Notes: generated by a model not told the origin, from the sequence alone. 64,000 nt of DNA from Candidatus Atribacteria bacterium (GCA_030156825.1 JASGLU010000001.1:2556-66555); one strand, 5' to 3'. Positions 27,203-36,984 are shown, numbered from the stretch's first letter. A program made the numbers and translations.

Positions 27203-28216
27203 GTGTTAGTGTGCGTATTTGAAGGAAAAGAGCAGTGGGTAGTAAAGGAAGTTGATCCTCCAGATTTAGGGGAGGACGAAGTACTGATTCAGGTTAAAGC
27301 GGCCGGTATTTGCGGAACTGATATCCATATTCTGCGGGCAGAATATTTTCAGGATTTTCCTATCATCGCCGGCCATGAGTTTTCCGGTCAAGTTGTGGAG
27401 GTAGGGAGAAAGGTCAGTCAATTTAAAGTGGGAGATCGGGTAACGGCTGACCCTAATATTTTTTGCGATCGATGCTATTTTTGCAAAATTAATAAAAATA
27501 ACCACTGTTTAAACGCTCAAGCAGTGGGAGTAACCCGGAGCGGAGCTTTTGCCGAGCTGGTAGCGGTTCCTGAAAAGTGTATTTTTCCCATTCCGGAAAA
27601 TTTGACTTTTGCCGAGGCGGCTTTAGCAGAACCCTTAGCCTGTGTGGTTTATGGGGCAAAGCGAAGCGGTATCCAACCGGGAGAAAAAGTGCTTATTTTT
27701 GGCGCTGGCCCGATTGGGCTTTTACTTTTGGCTCTCTATAAAGTTTATGGTGCTTCCCAAATTGTGGTGGTGGATGTAAGTGAGAAGAAACTGGCAAAGG
27801 CGAAAGAATGGGGAGCAGACCTGGTAGTTTTGGCCGATGGAACAGAAGATAAACTCATTCGGGAAATTTCTCCTTTAGGGTTTGAACTGGTGGTGGATGC
27901 TACCGGCATTCCCCGGGTTCAAGAAAATGAGCTGCAGTTTATCCAGCCGGATGGTACTTATCTTTTGTTTGGAGTAGCGCCGGTAGGGTCGCAGATGACA
28001 ATTGACCCTTATTTTATTTTTCGGAATGATGTTCGAATTTTGGGGTCGTACGCGGTAAAGAAAACGATGCAATATGCTATCAACTTATTAACTCAGGGGA
28101 AAATACCGGTTAAAGAGCTGGTCTCTGCCTCTTACCCCTTGCCTCAATTTGGCCAGGCCTTGCAAGAGGTTTTGCACAACCCCGACCGACTAAAGATTCA
28201 AATTCATTTTGCTTAA
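27203..28216 (+). CDS. Zinc-dependent medium-chain alcohol/polyol dehydrogenase (threonine/sorbitol dehydrogenase-like)
   Basis: GICGTDIHI, GHEFSG, structural-Zn loop CDRCYFCKINKNNHC, Rossmann GAGPIGL. Confidence 0.85.
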   Translation: MLVCVFEGKEQWVVKEVDPPDLGEDEVLIQVKAAGICGTDIHILRAEYFQDFPIIAGHEFSGQVVEVGRKVSQFKVGDRVTADPNIFCDRCYFCKINKNNHCLNAQAVGVTRSGAFAELVAVPEKCIFPIPENLTFAEAALAEPLACVVYGAKRSGIQPGEKVLIFGAGPIGLLLLALYKVYGASQIVVVDVSEKKLAKAKEWGADLVVLADGTEDKLIREISPLGFELVVDATGIPRVQENELQFIQPDGTYLLFGVAPVGSQMTIDPYFIFRNDVRILGSYAVKKTMQYAINLLTQGKIPVKELVSASYPLPQFGQALQEVLHNPDRLKIQIHFA

Positions 28217-28227
28217 ATAGGTTTTAC

Positions 28228-29244
28228 ATGGCGACAGAGAGAAATTGTTTTTTTCAACCCGAAACCTTTTATTTTCAATGGCATCTTACCAACCGCTGTA
28301 ATTTGCGCTGTCGCCATTGCTATCAAAACGATTATCAGGGCCCAGATGACTCTCTCAACTTGCGAGTGGCCCAGAAGCTAATTGATCAGCTTAAAGCCCG
28401 CGGAGGGCAAGCTTCTTTAGATTTAACCGGAGGAGAACCTTTCCTCCTCGGGCAAACTTTGTTTGACCTTTTAGGTTTTTTAAACGATAGTCCTGAGATA
28501 GAAGAGTTGAAAATTATTTCTAACGGACTTCTCTTTTCCTCTTCCATTCAAGAGCGTCTCAGTTGTCTGAATAAACTTTCTACCATTAAAATTTCCTTGG
28601 AGGGGGCTTGTCCCGGGACCAATGATTGGATTAGAGGGAAAAATGAATTTGCCCGGGCGGTTGAAAAAATCGATTTAATCGATAAAAATCGATTTTCGGT
28701 AGTATTGATGTTTACTCTAACCAAGAGGAACCTGGATGAACTGGAGCTCATGTTGCATTTAGCCTATGAGTTGGGGGTAGATGGCTTAATTATAGAGCGA
28801 TTTGTTCCCGAAGGTAGAGGAAAAAAGATGACACCTGACCTTCTCCAGGCTAAGGATTGGAAAAAAGTATTAAATTGGATAACGGAGAAGATAGGGGAAG
28901 AAGATATTTCTCCTCTTTTACCCTATCGGGCGTTTTGGATCCAATTGAGACCTGAATTTCAAATCTTGGGTGCTCCCTGTAATTTGGGAGAATCACTTTG
29001 CCTTATGCCGGATGGTACTTTTTTCCCCTGCCGCCGTTTTGCTTACCCCCTGGGAAATATATTTCAAAATGATTTTGGGGAAATACTGAAAAAATCGCCC
29101 TTTTTGCAGAGAATAAAACAAAAAGAAAATCTGGAAGGTAAATGCAAAAGTTGTCCGATTAAAGAATGTTCAGGTTGTCGAGCTTTGGCCTTTGCCCTTT
29201 TCGGCAATCCTTTGGCAGAGGATGTTCAGTGCCCCTGGGAGTAA
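28228..29244 (+). CDS. Radical SAM enzyme with C-terminal SPASM-like Cys-rich domain
   Basis: CNLRCRHCY radical-SAM cluster motif. C-terminal CRRF...CKSCPIKECSGCRALA auxiliary-cluster motif. Confidence 0.8.
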   Translation: MATERNCFFQPETFYFQWHLTNRCNLRCRHCYQNDYQGPDDSLNLRVAQKLIDQLKARGGQASLDLTGGEPFLLGQTLFDLLGFLNDSPEIEELKIISNGLLFSSSIQERLSCLNKLSTIKISLEGACPGTNDWIRGKNEFARAVEKIDLIDKNRFSVVLMFTLTKRNLDELELMLHLAYELGVDGLIIERFVPEGRGKKMTPDLLQAKDWKKVLNWITEKIGEEDISPLLPYRAFWIQLRPEFQILGAPCNLGESLCLMPDGTFFPCRRFAYPLGNIFQNDFGEILKKSPFLQRIKQKENLEGKCKSCPIKECSGCRALAFALFGNPLAEDVQCPWE

Positions 29245-29251
29245 GCGAAAC

Positions 29252-30244
29252 TCAGGTATGGATTTCCACAATATCTTTGTCTTCGAGCGGGTGATCAACA
29301 GAAACTAACTGTCCATCAAATTTTCCCGATCCCCAAACCCGAGCACCTTTTATTTCCTGGGCTATATCCCGATGAATTTGCTCGGCTAAGTCTTTAACCG
29401 TCTCTCCCTTTTTCAGGATGAAAGGACGGCTAAGGTCAGGCGGTAATCCGGGGGGTTTACTGTATATTCGAATTATACCGGCTAACTGGAAAATTTTTTC
29501 TTTAATCCGCTCTATAGTTTCTTTATTTTTGGTCTTAAGGGAGATTCCTATTACTTCGGTTTTATCTTGCCAAAGCTCCTGGCACAGGGCTAAATTTTCT
29601 TGACTGCTTGGAGTCTCTACTTTGTTTAGCATAATTATTAAGGGTAAAAATGTCCAGCTAAGAGAAGGAAGGGGTCGAGGTAGAAAAGATATTTTAGATT
29701 TTCCTAAGGCTTTTTCCACTATTTCTATATCTTCTAATAATCGCTTACTGGTAGCATCAGCTATCAATAAAATAGCGTCTGCCCTCCGAAGAGCATTTGT
29801 GAAATTTCCTTCGATATTTTCATCAGCGATAGGAGGAAAGTCAATAAGCTGAATTTGAATGTCTTGATATTCCATCATGCCTGGAGTAGGGTAGTAAGTA
29901 GAAAAAGGGAAATCCGCTATTTCAGGTCTGGCTCGGGTTAAGGTAGCTAAAAAGGTAGATTTTCCGCTATTTGGTGGACCAACTATTGCTATCTGGGCCG
30001 CACCGGCTCTCTCGATGAAGTAAGGGTCATGATGGGTTTTGGCTTGAGATTTCTTTTCTCGCGTTGCTTGTTTTCTGAGTTTAGAAATTCGCTGTTTAAT
30101 TTCAGCTTGAAGTTTTTCGGTTCCTTTATGTTTGGGAATAATTGACAACATTTCTTCTAAGGCTTCTAATTTTTCTTGATTAGTGTGAGCCTGCCTGAAT
30201 TTTTTTTCTGCTTCAAGGTATTGAGGAGGAAGATTAGCTGGCAT
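29252..30244 (-). CDS. OBG/DRG-like GTPase with C-terminal TGS domain
   Basis: P-loop GPPNSGKSTFL and a C-terminal TGS-like region. The family's N-terminus usually begins MPANL, hence ATG 30244 rather than 30274. Confidence 0.75.
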   Translation of the reverse strand: MPANLPPQYLEAEKKFRQAHTNQEKLEALEEMLSIIPKHKGTEKLQAEIKQRISKLRKQATREKKSQAKTHHDPYFIERAGAAQIAIVGPPNSGKSTFLATLTRARPEIADFPFSTYYPTPGMMEYQDIQIQLIDFPPIADENIEGNFTNALRRADAILLIADATSKRLLEDIEIVEKALGKSKISFLPRPLPSLSWTFLPLIIMLNKVETPSSQENLALCQELWQDKTEVIGISLKTKNKETIERIKEKIFQLAGIIRIYSKPPGLPPDLSRPFILKKGETVKDLAEQIHRDIAQEIKGARVWGSGKFDGQLVSVDHPLEDKDIVEIHT

Positions 30245-30392
30245 CAACATCACCCTGGTACTTTTTATAGGCAAAACCTCTTATGGTTATCCCTCCCTTA
30301 CGCCTCTTGGGTCAAAGACGAGGAATTATTTTGTTATTTTGTATGAGATTACGGGTTAAGTATATTCAGTATAGATTTTTCTCGTTAAACAA

Positions 30393-30423
30393 CCGGGGGA
30401 GCGTTTTCTGTAATCTCCCCCGG
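30393..30423 (-). terminator. Hairpin terminator downstream of the DUF362 gene
   Basis: Perfect 9-bp stem CCGGGGGAG/CTCCCCCGG with a 13-nt loop, followed on the minus strand by TTGTTT. Confidence 0.5.
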
Positions 30424-30454
30424 AAAAGATTAAAAGTGAAAGGGGATTATTGCT

Positions 30455-31570
30455 TTATTTTAATTCTTCTAACTGATAGTCAGGACTCCCCAAACCGACA
30501 GACTGAGCGTAGTTAATTTGTGTTTGCCAGTCAGCAGTAGGGTGGACGTCTTTAAACTTATCATCTCCCGCTTTAAAAGCCTGTTTCAAGGAAGAACCCT
30601 GAAGCCCGATAGCCTGGTTAATCAGACCAACCGAAGCTGAATCAATGGCTACGATATCGTGGCTTCCTAAAATTCCGAGGTCAGGAACCAAACTCGCATC
30701 ATGCCAGGGGGTACAATCGCAATCGGGGCTGATATCGGTTAAAAAGTTAATAAAAGCCACCTTATCCTCTTTCCCTTTTATTGCTCCAGCCGTATATTCT
30801 ACCATTCGTTCTTGGAGGGTAGCGCTCGAAGACGACCAAGAGGTCTCTATAGCACCAGTGGGGCAGTAGACTACACATTCAGCACAACCAATACAAAGTT
30901 CTTTTCTAACCTCACTTTTTCGATTTTCATTTAAGAACAAAGCATCCGCTGGACAATGAACAATACAACGCCGACAACCGATACAAAGCTCAGCTCGGGG
31001 GTCGGGAACGAAAGTTTCTCCATGTTGTAGTTGTTTTCCCGGGCGAGCAGCGCACCCCATACCCACATTTTTTATAGCTCCGCCCAAGCTGGCTTCTATA
31101 TGCCCTTTTACGTGAGTGACTACCAGCAGAAAATCAGCTTCTGCAATGGCGGAACTAATTTTTACCGACTGAAAGTGTTTGAGGTTAACTTCTATTTCTC
31201 GGTAGTTCTCACCCCTTAGACCATCGGCAATAATTATGGGGGCGGGAACCGAAGCATAACCAAACCCATGAAAAATGGCGGTTTCGGCATGATCTACTGC
31301 ATTGTGGCGAAAGCCGGTATAGAGAGTGTTGGCGTCGGTAAGAAAAGGTTTTCCTCCCGCCTCGCGAATGGCTTCTACTATGTATCGAAGGAATATCGGC
31401 TTTATAAAACCGTGGTTGCCTCTTTCTCCAAAATGTACTTTGACCGCCACCAGGTCATCCTTGTCTATTTTTTCTTCAATCAACCTTCTGGTTAGTCGTT
31501 TTACTTTCTGTAAAACAGCTGTTCTTTCGCTTTCTGCTCTCAAAGAGACTAAATATACCGGGGACTTCAT
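30455..31570 (-). CDS. DUF362-domain protein with two 4Fe-4S ferredoxin motifs
   Basis: CIGCRRCIVHCP and CIGCAECVVYCP. N-terminal DUF362-like region VAVKVHFGERGN...FLTDANTLY. Start ATG 31570 follows GGGAGGTGG. Confidence 0.75.
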   Translation of the reverse strand: MKSPVYLVSLRAESERTAVLQKVKRLTRRLIEEKIDKDDLVAVKVHFGERGNHGFIKPIFLRYIVEAIREAGGKPFLTDANTLYTGFRHNAVDHAETAIFHGFGYASVPAPIIIADGLRGENYREIEVNLKHFQSVKISSAIAEADFLLVVTHVKGHIEASLGGAIKNVGMGCAARPGKQLQHGETFVPDPRAELCIGCRRCIVHCPADALFLNENRKSEVRKELCIGCAECVVYCPTGAIETSWSSSSATLQERMVEYTAGAIKGKEDKVAFINFLTDISPDCDCTPWHDASLVPDLGILGSHDIVAIDSASVGLINQAIGLQGSSLKQAFKAGDDKFKDVHPTADWQTQINYAQSVGLGSPDYQLEELK

Positions 31571-31645
31571 TTGACCACCTCCCAAGCTAAAGTTTTTGGG
31601 TGAGACGTTATCTACCATAGGGGGCATGCCGCCTATTGCCCCCAA

Positions 31646-32211
31646 AAGACAAAAACAGCCTACGGCGCAAGATTAAAAACAAAAGATAAAGGGCAAAGAC
31701 TAACTGACGGGAAAGGTACCCCTCAGCACCCATGGTGTAAATTTAACCACATAAAAGACTTAAAGACAAATAACAACTGAGGGGGAAAAGCACCTTCATC
31801 AATAAAAGGGGAGACCCTCTTTCTTTTTTGTCACCCCGGCAAGCTTTAAAATACCATGGACCCCTGATAGAGACATTCAGGGGTGACAGAGGAGAGTAGA
31901 TTCCCGATAGAAACATTCGGGAATGACGGAGAAGAGGGTTACTTTTGGACAACGCCTGACAAATTCTGCAGAGGGTCGCTGACAGAGACATTCAGGAATA
32001 ACAGAAGCGGCGACAGAAGAGGATCACCCCGGTAATTACCCCCTATTTGTCACCCCGGCAATTGCCCTTCTTCTGTCACCCCGGCAATCTTTAAGCCGGG
32101 GTCCACCATATCTTAAATTTAAGAAAGGACAAAACTACTTGGATGCCTGATTAAAGATTTCAGGCATGACGGGGAGAGTGGATTCCCGATAGAAACATTC
32201 GGGAATGACAG
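31646..32211. repeat. Densest cluster of the hairpin-repeat family
   Basis: Units at 31858-31889, 31898-31929, 31978-32004 (degenerate), 32075-32104, 32141-32172 and 32180-32211. The 29-mer GATTCCCGATAGAAACATTCGGGAATGAC is exactly duplicated. Four GTCACCCCGG(C/T)AA half-sites; inverted CGCCGTAGGCTGTTT at 31650-31665. Confidence 0.85.
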
Positions 32212-32303
32212 AATAGCCCCTCTGAGTTTTTATATTCATATGGCGCCCCACGGATACGAGGATTCCTCCTTTTGCAGGGACTAAATTTAAGGGAAACGAC
32301 TGA

Positions 32304-33797
32304 TTATTTTATTCTTGCTAACAAAAGGAGAAGAAAGAGCAAAATAGGGATTAAAAGTAGCTGGTTGGAAAAAGAGGTAAATACTATTCGGTATATTTTT
32401 TGGGATAAAAGTAAAATTCCCCCTCCCAAGCCCTCCTTAATCCATTTTTCCGAGTCAAGAAGTTGGAAACATCGCCTGCTTATTCGATAACAGCAAGTGT
32501 AGGTCCCCTGGAATAAGAAGTCGAGGGAAGGAGCTTTTTTTGGGCGGACAGATAGCCCCCCTAGCCAAAAGAGAAGCAAGCCTCCAGTTACAAGTGGAAT
32601 TAAATTGGATAGAATTTTTTGGAAAGACCACAGAAAAAGACCGTCTGTTTCTATCCCTAAAAGGGCTGAAAAAGTAGAAGGCCATATTCCTAAAATTAAA
32701 AGGATAAAAGTTGCTATCAGTAACTGAAAGGACAAATTTGACTTTTGAACTTCCTTTTGGAGGGTAAAATTTGACCTATTTTTAAACAATCCCCACCAGA
32801 GGAAACGTAAAGAATAAAGCACGCTTAAAAAACTAATTAGCTGAATTAAAATAAGTAACCACAAATTTCCCTCAGCTTCTAATTTGATTAGATGTTTCCC
32901 AGCGTATCCGGCAAAAGGTGCAATACCGGCTAAAGAGAGAAACCCTATAGTAGTGGCCAGAGCATTTAAGGGATTCTTTCCCCAACTGTTTTGAAATTGA
33001 TAGATATTGCGAGTATGGTGTGCTTTTTCCCAAAGGCCACTTCCTATAAACAGAGTAGACTTAGCTAAACTGTGAGCAACGAGGTGGAGTATACTACCTG
33101 CTCGAGCAAGGGGAGAACCAATCCCTATTCCAAGGGCAATGTATCCTAACTGACTGATAGTGCTATAGGCCAGCAGAACTTTATAATCAGTAGCCAAAAG
33201 GGCCTGGATACCGCCGTAGATAGCCATAATCAGTCCTAAGCCAAGCAGAAAGGCATTTTCTTGAGGAATTATCCGCCAAAGGAGAACAAAACCTATCTTC
33301 ACCGTCAGTCCAGATAAAATAGCACTAACTGGAGGAGAGGCCTGAGAGTGAACCGGGGGCAACCAAAAATGAAGGCCAAAAATAGCGCTTTTGAGTCCCA
33401 CTCCCACAATAAACAGATTTTGAAGCCATACTTCTGAGATAACTCCGACTTTCTGGTATCCGGTTGTCTGAGCTAATATGACCGTATATAGAAAAAGACA
33501 TTCTCCCACAAATTGCAGGAAAAAATATTGTTGACCCAGTTTTCGGTGACTCTGGCTAACCATAAAAGCGGTGGTCAAGGTAATTATTTCCCAACCAATG
33601 ACTAAAAAAAGCCAGCTTTCACTCAAAAAAACAAGCGATATCCCACCAGCAAACCCTAGATATAGAAGAGCGAATGTTTTCTTTTTAAGAGGGGCGAAAA
33701 CTGGCACGGCTAAAAAAGAAAGGCAAGTTAGGAATATTCCCCATAGGGTCAAAAAAATAAACGGTGGCTCTAAAGAAAAGTAGTTACCCACAATCAA
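32304..33797 (-). CDS. mrpD: Proton-conducting membrane transporter, MrpD/NuoM/NuoN-like subunit
   Basis: 497 aa, ~14 TM, with the Proton_antipo_M-type core (WLPPVHSQASPPVSAILSG, LAYSTISQLGY). Confidence 0.8.
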   Translation of the reverse strand: MIVGNYFSLEPPFIFLTLWGIFLTCLSFLAVPVFAPLKKKTFALLYLGFAGGISLVFLSESWLFLVIGWEIITLTTAFMVSQSHRKLGQQYFFLQFVGECLFLYTVILAQTTGYQKVGVISEVWLQNLFIVGVGLKSAIFGLHFWLPPVHSQASPPVSAILSGLTVKIGFVLLWRIIPQENAFLLGLGLIMAIYGGIQALLATDYKVLLAYSTISQLGYIALGIGIGSPLARAGSILHLVAHSLAKSTLFIGSGLWEKAHHTRNIYQFQNSWGKNPLNALATTIGFLSLAGIAPFAGYAGKHLIKLEAEGNLWLLILIQLISFLSVLYSLRFLWWGLFKNRSNFTLQKEVQKSNLSFQLLIATFILLILGIWPSTFSALLGIETDGLFLWSFQKILSNLIPLVTGGLLLFWLGGLSVRPKKAPSLDFLFQGTYTCCYRISRRCFQLLDSEKWIKEGLGGGILLLSQKIYRIVFTSFSNQLLLIPILLFLLLLLARIK

Positions 33798-35305
33798 CTA
33801 CCCCCGGGGAACGGTGGATATATCTGGAGGGGTAAGAGTTCTTGAACTGCACCATCTAAAATTGGGTTTAAACAGAAGTAAAAAATACCAGTTACCACTG
33901 TTAAAACAACCAAAGCTAAAATAGTAAAAATCATAAGAGAAGCCGGAGGAGGGTCTTGGGAGAGAGAGACAACCGGTTTTTCTTCGCAAGGAGAAATACC
34001 ATAAGATATAACTCGGAAATAGTAGGGGATGGCAAGCAAGCTTCCCAATATTACCACTATTCCTCCCAAATGGATTCCTTCTTCTACGAAAGCTAAAAGC
34101 ATATACCACTTACTGAAAAACCCGTTTAAAGGGGGAATGCCAATCATAGCCAAAACCACTATCACAAAACTGGCAAAAAGATAACGATTGTAGTGAAACA
34201 CTCCTTTTAAGTCTTTAATCAGATGGCTTTTAGTAAATTGCAGAAAGTATCCGCTATCCAGGAAAAGGGCAGATTTCATTATCAGGTGGTTGATAATATG
34301 TAACATCCCTCCGTACAATGCCTCTGGAGTGTTTACCAGAAGAACGGCAACTATTATCCCAATGTGACCTACGCTTGAAAAGGCAAGTAGACGCTTCAAG
34401 TCTTCTTCTTGGAAGGCAAATAAGTGCCCCAAAAGGCTTGACCCAAGGGCAAGGTAAAGAACAAAGGATTTTAGCCAGCTTGCCTCCATTAAGGGAAAAT
34501 CTAAAACGACCCAGAAAAGCCGAAGGAAAACACACAAATAAAGTTTGAGCATCACTCCCGAGAGAAGAGCACTGATAGGAGCTGGAGCTGAACTGTGGGC
34601 TTTGGCTAACCAAAAGTGAAAGGGGAAAATACCCAATTTGATAGTTAAACTAATAATGAAAAAAATGAGAACTGTTTCCTGGAAGGGAATAGGAAGAGAA
34701 GAAAAGGAAAGAGCAATTTCAGCTAAACTTAAAGTTCCCAAGGAGAGGTAGATGAGAACTATTCCAATGAAAAAGAACAATCCACCTAAAAGGCCGTAAA
34801 CGATATATTTTATCCCTGCTTCTATTGCTGATGAAGTCCGGTCGAAAGCCACTAAAGGGGTGGAAGCAACGGTTAGAAGCTCGATAAATACATACAGATT
34901 AAAGAGATCATTAGTTAAAACTACCCCTTGCATGGCTCCTAAAACGACAAAAAGAAGCACATAGTACTTTCCTTCATGGTGTTCTATGTATTCCAAAGAG
35001 TAGAGGGTGATTAAAAATAGAGAAACACTGACTAACATAGAAAAAATGAGCCCTAAGTGATTTAAGGACAGGCTTATCCCTAAAGGTGGTTCCCATCCTC
35101 CCAGGTAGTAGGAAATAGGCAACTTTTCTTTACCCAAAGGGGAAAAGTAAAAGAGTAAGGAAAGCGAGAAAACCAATTCTAAAGAGATAGAAATTATGAC
35201 CAGGATTTTACGTAGAGCAATGGCCAAAATATCTATTAGGGGAATAAGAAAAGCGGTAAGAAGGGGAAGCACAATCAGCAATGGCAAGAGAAAGGAAAGT
35301 CTCAT
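33794..35305 (-). CDS. mrpD: Proton-conducting membrane transporter, second MrpD/NuoN-like subunit
   Basis: 503 aa, ~14 TM, core motifs WLAKAHSSAPAPISALLSG and LAFSSVGHIG. 4-nt overlap with the downstream paralog. Confidence 0.8.
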   Translation of the reverse strand: MRLSFLLPLLIVLPLLTAFLIPLIDILAIALRKILVIISISLELVFSLSLLFYFSPLGKEKLPISYYLGGWEPPLGISLSLNHLGLIFSMLVSVSLFLITLYSLEYIEHHEGKYYVLLFVVLGAMQGVVLTNDLFNLYVFIELLTVASTPLVAFDRTSSAIEAGIKYIVYGLLGGLFFFIGIVLIYLSLGTLSLAEIALSFSSLPIPFQETVLIFFIISLTIKLGIFPFHFWLAKAHSSAPAPISALLSGVMLKLYLCVFLRLFWVVLDFPLMEASWLKSFVLYLALGSSLLGHLFAFQEEDLKRLLAFSSVGHIGIIVAVLLVNTPEALYGGMLHIINHLIMKSALFLDSGYFLQFTKSHLIKDLKGVFHYNRYLFASFVIVVLAMIGIPPLNGFFSKWYMLLAFVEEGIHLGGIVVILGSLLAIPYYFRVISYGISPCEEKPVVSLSQDPPPASLMIFTILALVVLTVVTGIFYFCLNPILDGAVQELLPLQIYPPFPGGS

Positions 35306-35313
35306 TGGTTAAC

Positions 35314-35347
35314 TATCCGGTGCTCCGAAGTGGCATGAGGGTTTATC
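35314..35347. repeat. Partial copy of the GGTGCNCCGAAGNGGCATG hairpin end of the ~190-bp repeat
   Basis: TATCCGGTGCTCCGAAGTGGCATGAGGGTTTATC versus TATCTGGTGCCCCGAAGGGGCATGGCCGTCTATC at 20381-20414. Confidence 0.6.
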
Positions 35348-35359
35348 AGAACTATCATT

Positions 35360-35698
35360 TTAGTCTCGCAACCCCTTGATTTTGTCCACATCTGATGCTT
35401 TATGGTATCTGGATAGCTCTATTACCAGGGTTAAAAAAAGAGCAATGTTACTGGCTGCGATTACTATGGCAGTCAGAGCTAAGGCCTGGGGAAGGGGATC
35501 GTTTAAAACCATACCTGGTTTATCAAGTAAATAGATGGGAGGGTTTCCCCCTTGATTAGTGAAAGATATAAACCAAAGCAAGACCGAGGCTTCCATAATC
35601 TCAAACCCTATGATTAATTTTATCAAATTTCGATTGAGTAACATTCCTATAAATCCCAAAAGAAAAAGACTTAGAAAAAAGAGCTGATTCATAATCAC
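35360..35698 (-). CDS. mrpC: Mrp/Mnh antiporter subunit C (NuoK-like)
   Basis: 112 aa, 3 TM, position and size as MnhC. 4-nt overlap with the upstream gene. Confidence 0.75.
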   Translation of the reverse strand: MIMNQLFFLSLFLLGFIGMLLNRNLIKLIIGFEIMEASVLLWFISFTNQGGNPPIYLLDKPGMVLNDPLPQALALTAIVIAASNIALFLTLVIELSRYHKASDVDKIKGLRD

Positions 35699-36399
35699 TT
35701 TCCTTCTATTCTTTTTTGAATAATGCTGTAAAAGATAATTGATAATCCGGCTCCTATTTTTATCCCCACCCCTAAATTGATTCCAAAAATACTTCCGGGG
35801 GTCAATAGTTTTCCCAGTCTTTCTGGTGAAGAGAACCAGTTAGCTAGAAAAAATCCTTCTAAAAAAATCCCTATTATTCCCATTGCCAAAAATAAAAGAG
35901 CCCCACTGACCTCAAGGATAGTTTTACTTTGAGGGCTATAGCGAGTGTAATCAAAAGAGCTACCGTATACTATGCAAAATACAATAGAAATGGTCCCTAA
36001 AATCACCCCTCCTTGGAAACCTCCCCCGGGAGAAAGATGCCCATGTAATATAAGGTAGATACCAGAAACAAACAGAAATGGAGTAAGGATCCCGAAAATT
36101 CTCTTCACTATAATAGAAAGGCCGTGAGAAGATACCGGCAGGGTTTTTCGGGATAGGAGAGAAACAATACCACTAACCGCTGCAAATATCACCGTGCTTT
36201 CCCCTAAAGAGTCAAAGGCCCGAAAATCGTATAATATAGAAGATACTAAATTTAGCGCTCCTGTTTGTTCAAACCCTTGAGTTACATAGTAGTGGGTTGC
36301 CGCTCCGAGTGAAAACCCGGAATTGGAGAGAAAACGTAAATTATCTATGAGTAAGAACCCGATCCCAGAGAACAAAACCAGCAGCAAAAAAATTTTCAT
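35695..36399 (-). CDS. mrpB: Mrp/Mnh antiporter subunit B domain protein
   Basis: MnhB signature HLSPGGGFQGGVILG; multiple TM segments. Confidence 0.75.
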   Translation of the reverse strand: MKIFLLLVLFSGIGFLLIDNLRFLSNSGFSLGAATHYYVTQGFEQTGALNLVSSILYDFRAFDSLGESTVIFAAVSGIVSLLSRKTLPVSSHGLSIIVKRIFGILTPFLFVSGIYLILHGHLSPGGGFQGGVILGTISIVFCIVYGSSFDYTRYSPQSKTILEVSGALLFLAMGIIGIFLEGFFLANWFSSPERLGKLLTPGSIFGINLGVGIKIGAGLSIIFYSIIQKRIEGK

Positions 36400-36662
36400 T
36401 GCAGGGGATCCTCAGGGCGATTTTTTTGTCGATCGGTTCTAATTTGGCTGATAGCAGAGATAAAAATGGCTGTATACAGACCAGCCCCGATTACAATTTG
36501 AGCTAAGGCTACATCTGGTGCTCGATACAGTAAATAAAGGACAGCTGAAATAGTAGAAAATATGGAGAGAGAGATAATAGAAGTCAGGTTTTCTCGCGAA
36601 AAAAGGGCAGAAAGTGCTGCTCCAAAAAGGAAAACTAAAAGAAAATATTCAATCAAAGTCAC
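36396..36662 (-). CDS. MbhD/DUF4040-like small membrane subunit (MrpB N-terminal-like)
   Basis: RAPDVALAQIVIGAG motif. GTG 36662 is preceded by GGAGGA and overlaps the mrpG stop. The longer ORF to 36728 would overlap mrpG by 80 nt. Confidence 0.65.
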   Translation of the reverse strand: MTLIEYFLLVFLFGAALSALFSRENLTSIISLSIFSTISAVLYLLYRAPDVALAQIVIGAGLYTAIFISAISQIRTDRQKNRPEDPLQ

Positions 36663-36984
36663 CTTTTCTTTCCTCCGGAGAATTAGTAGTAGGGAGGGTA
36701 ATTTTCTTTCGGTAAGATGCTCGGGCAATGGCGTGGGTAGCCATTGGGTTAGAGATAAAAAGCAATACTCCTATCAGAATAATTTTACTGCTTAACAGAG
36801 GGTCCCAGAGGTAGATGGCCAATCCAGCTGTAGCGCACAAAGCGCTCATGGTAGAAGATACTGTGCTGGCATGAATGCGAGTGTAAAGATCGGGAAATCG
36901 GAAAAGGCCAATAACGGTTGTCAGAGCAAAGAGAACACCCATAGCCATTAGTAGGTAGGCAATAACGATTTTTATTTCGATCAT
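36649..36984 (-). CDS. mrpG: Mrp/Mnh antiporter subunit G
   Basis: GLFRFPDLYTRIHAS motif characteristic of MnhG; 3 TM. Confidence 0.8.
   Translation of the reverse strand: MIEIKIVIAYLLMAMGVLFALTTVIGLFRFPDLYTRIHASTVSSTMSALCATAGLAIYLWDPLLSSKIILIGVLLFISNPMATHAIARASYRKKITLPTTNSPEERKGDFD

Noticed and set aside
31646-32211. Possible CRISPR array
   Set aside because: The units differ in sequence and orientation, spacing is irregular (9 to ~60 nt), and there is no constant repeat length. No cas genes are in the window.
36663-36728. N-terminal 22-residue extension of the MbhD-like ORF
   Set aside because: It would overlap mrpG by 80 nt. The extension is highly basic and non-membrane, while GTG 36662 has a proper GGAGGA RBS.
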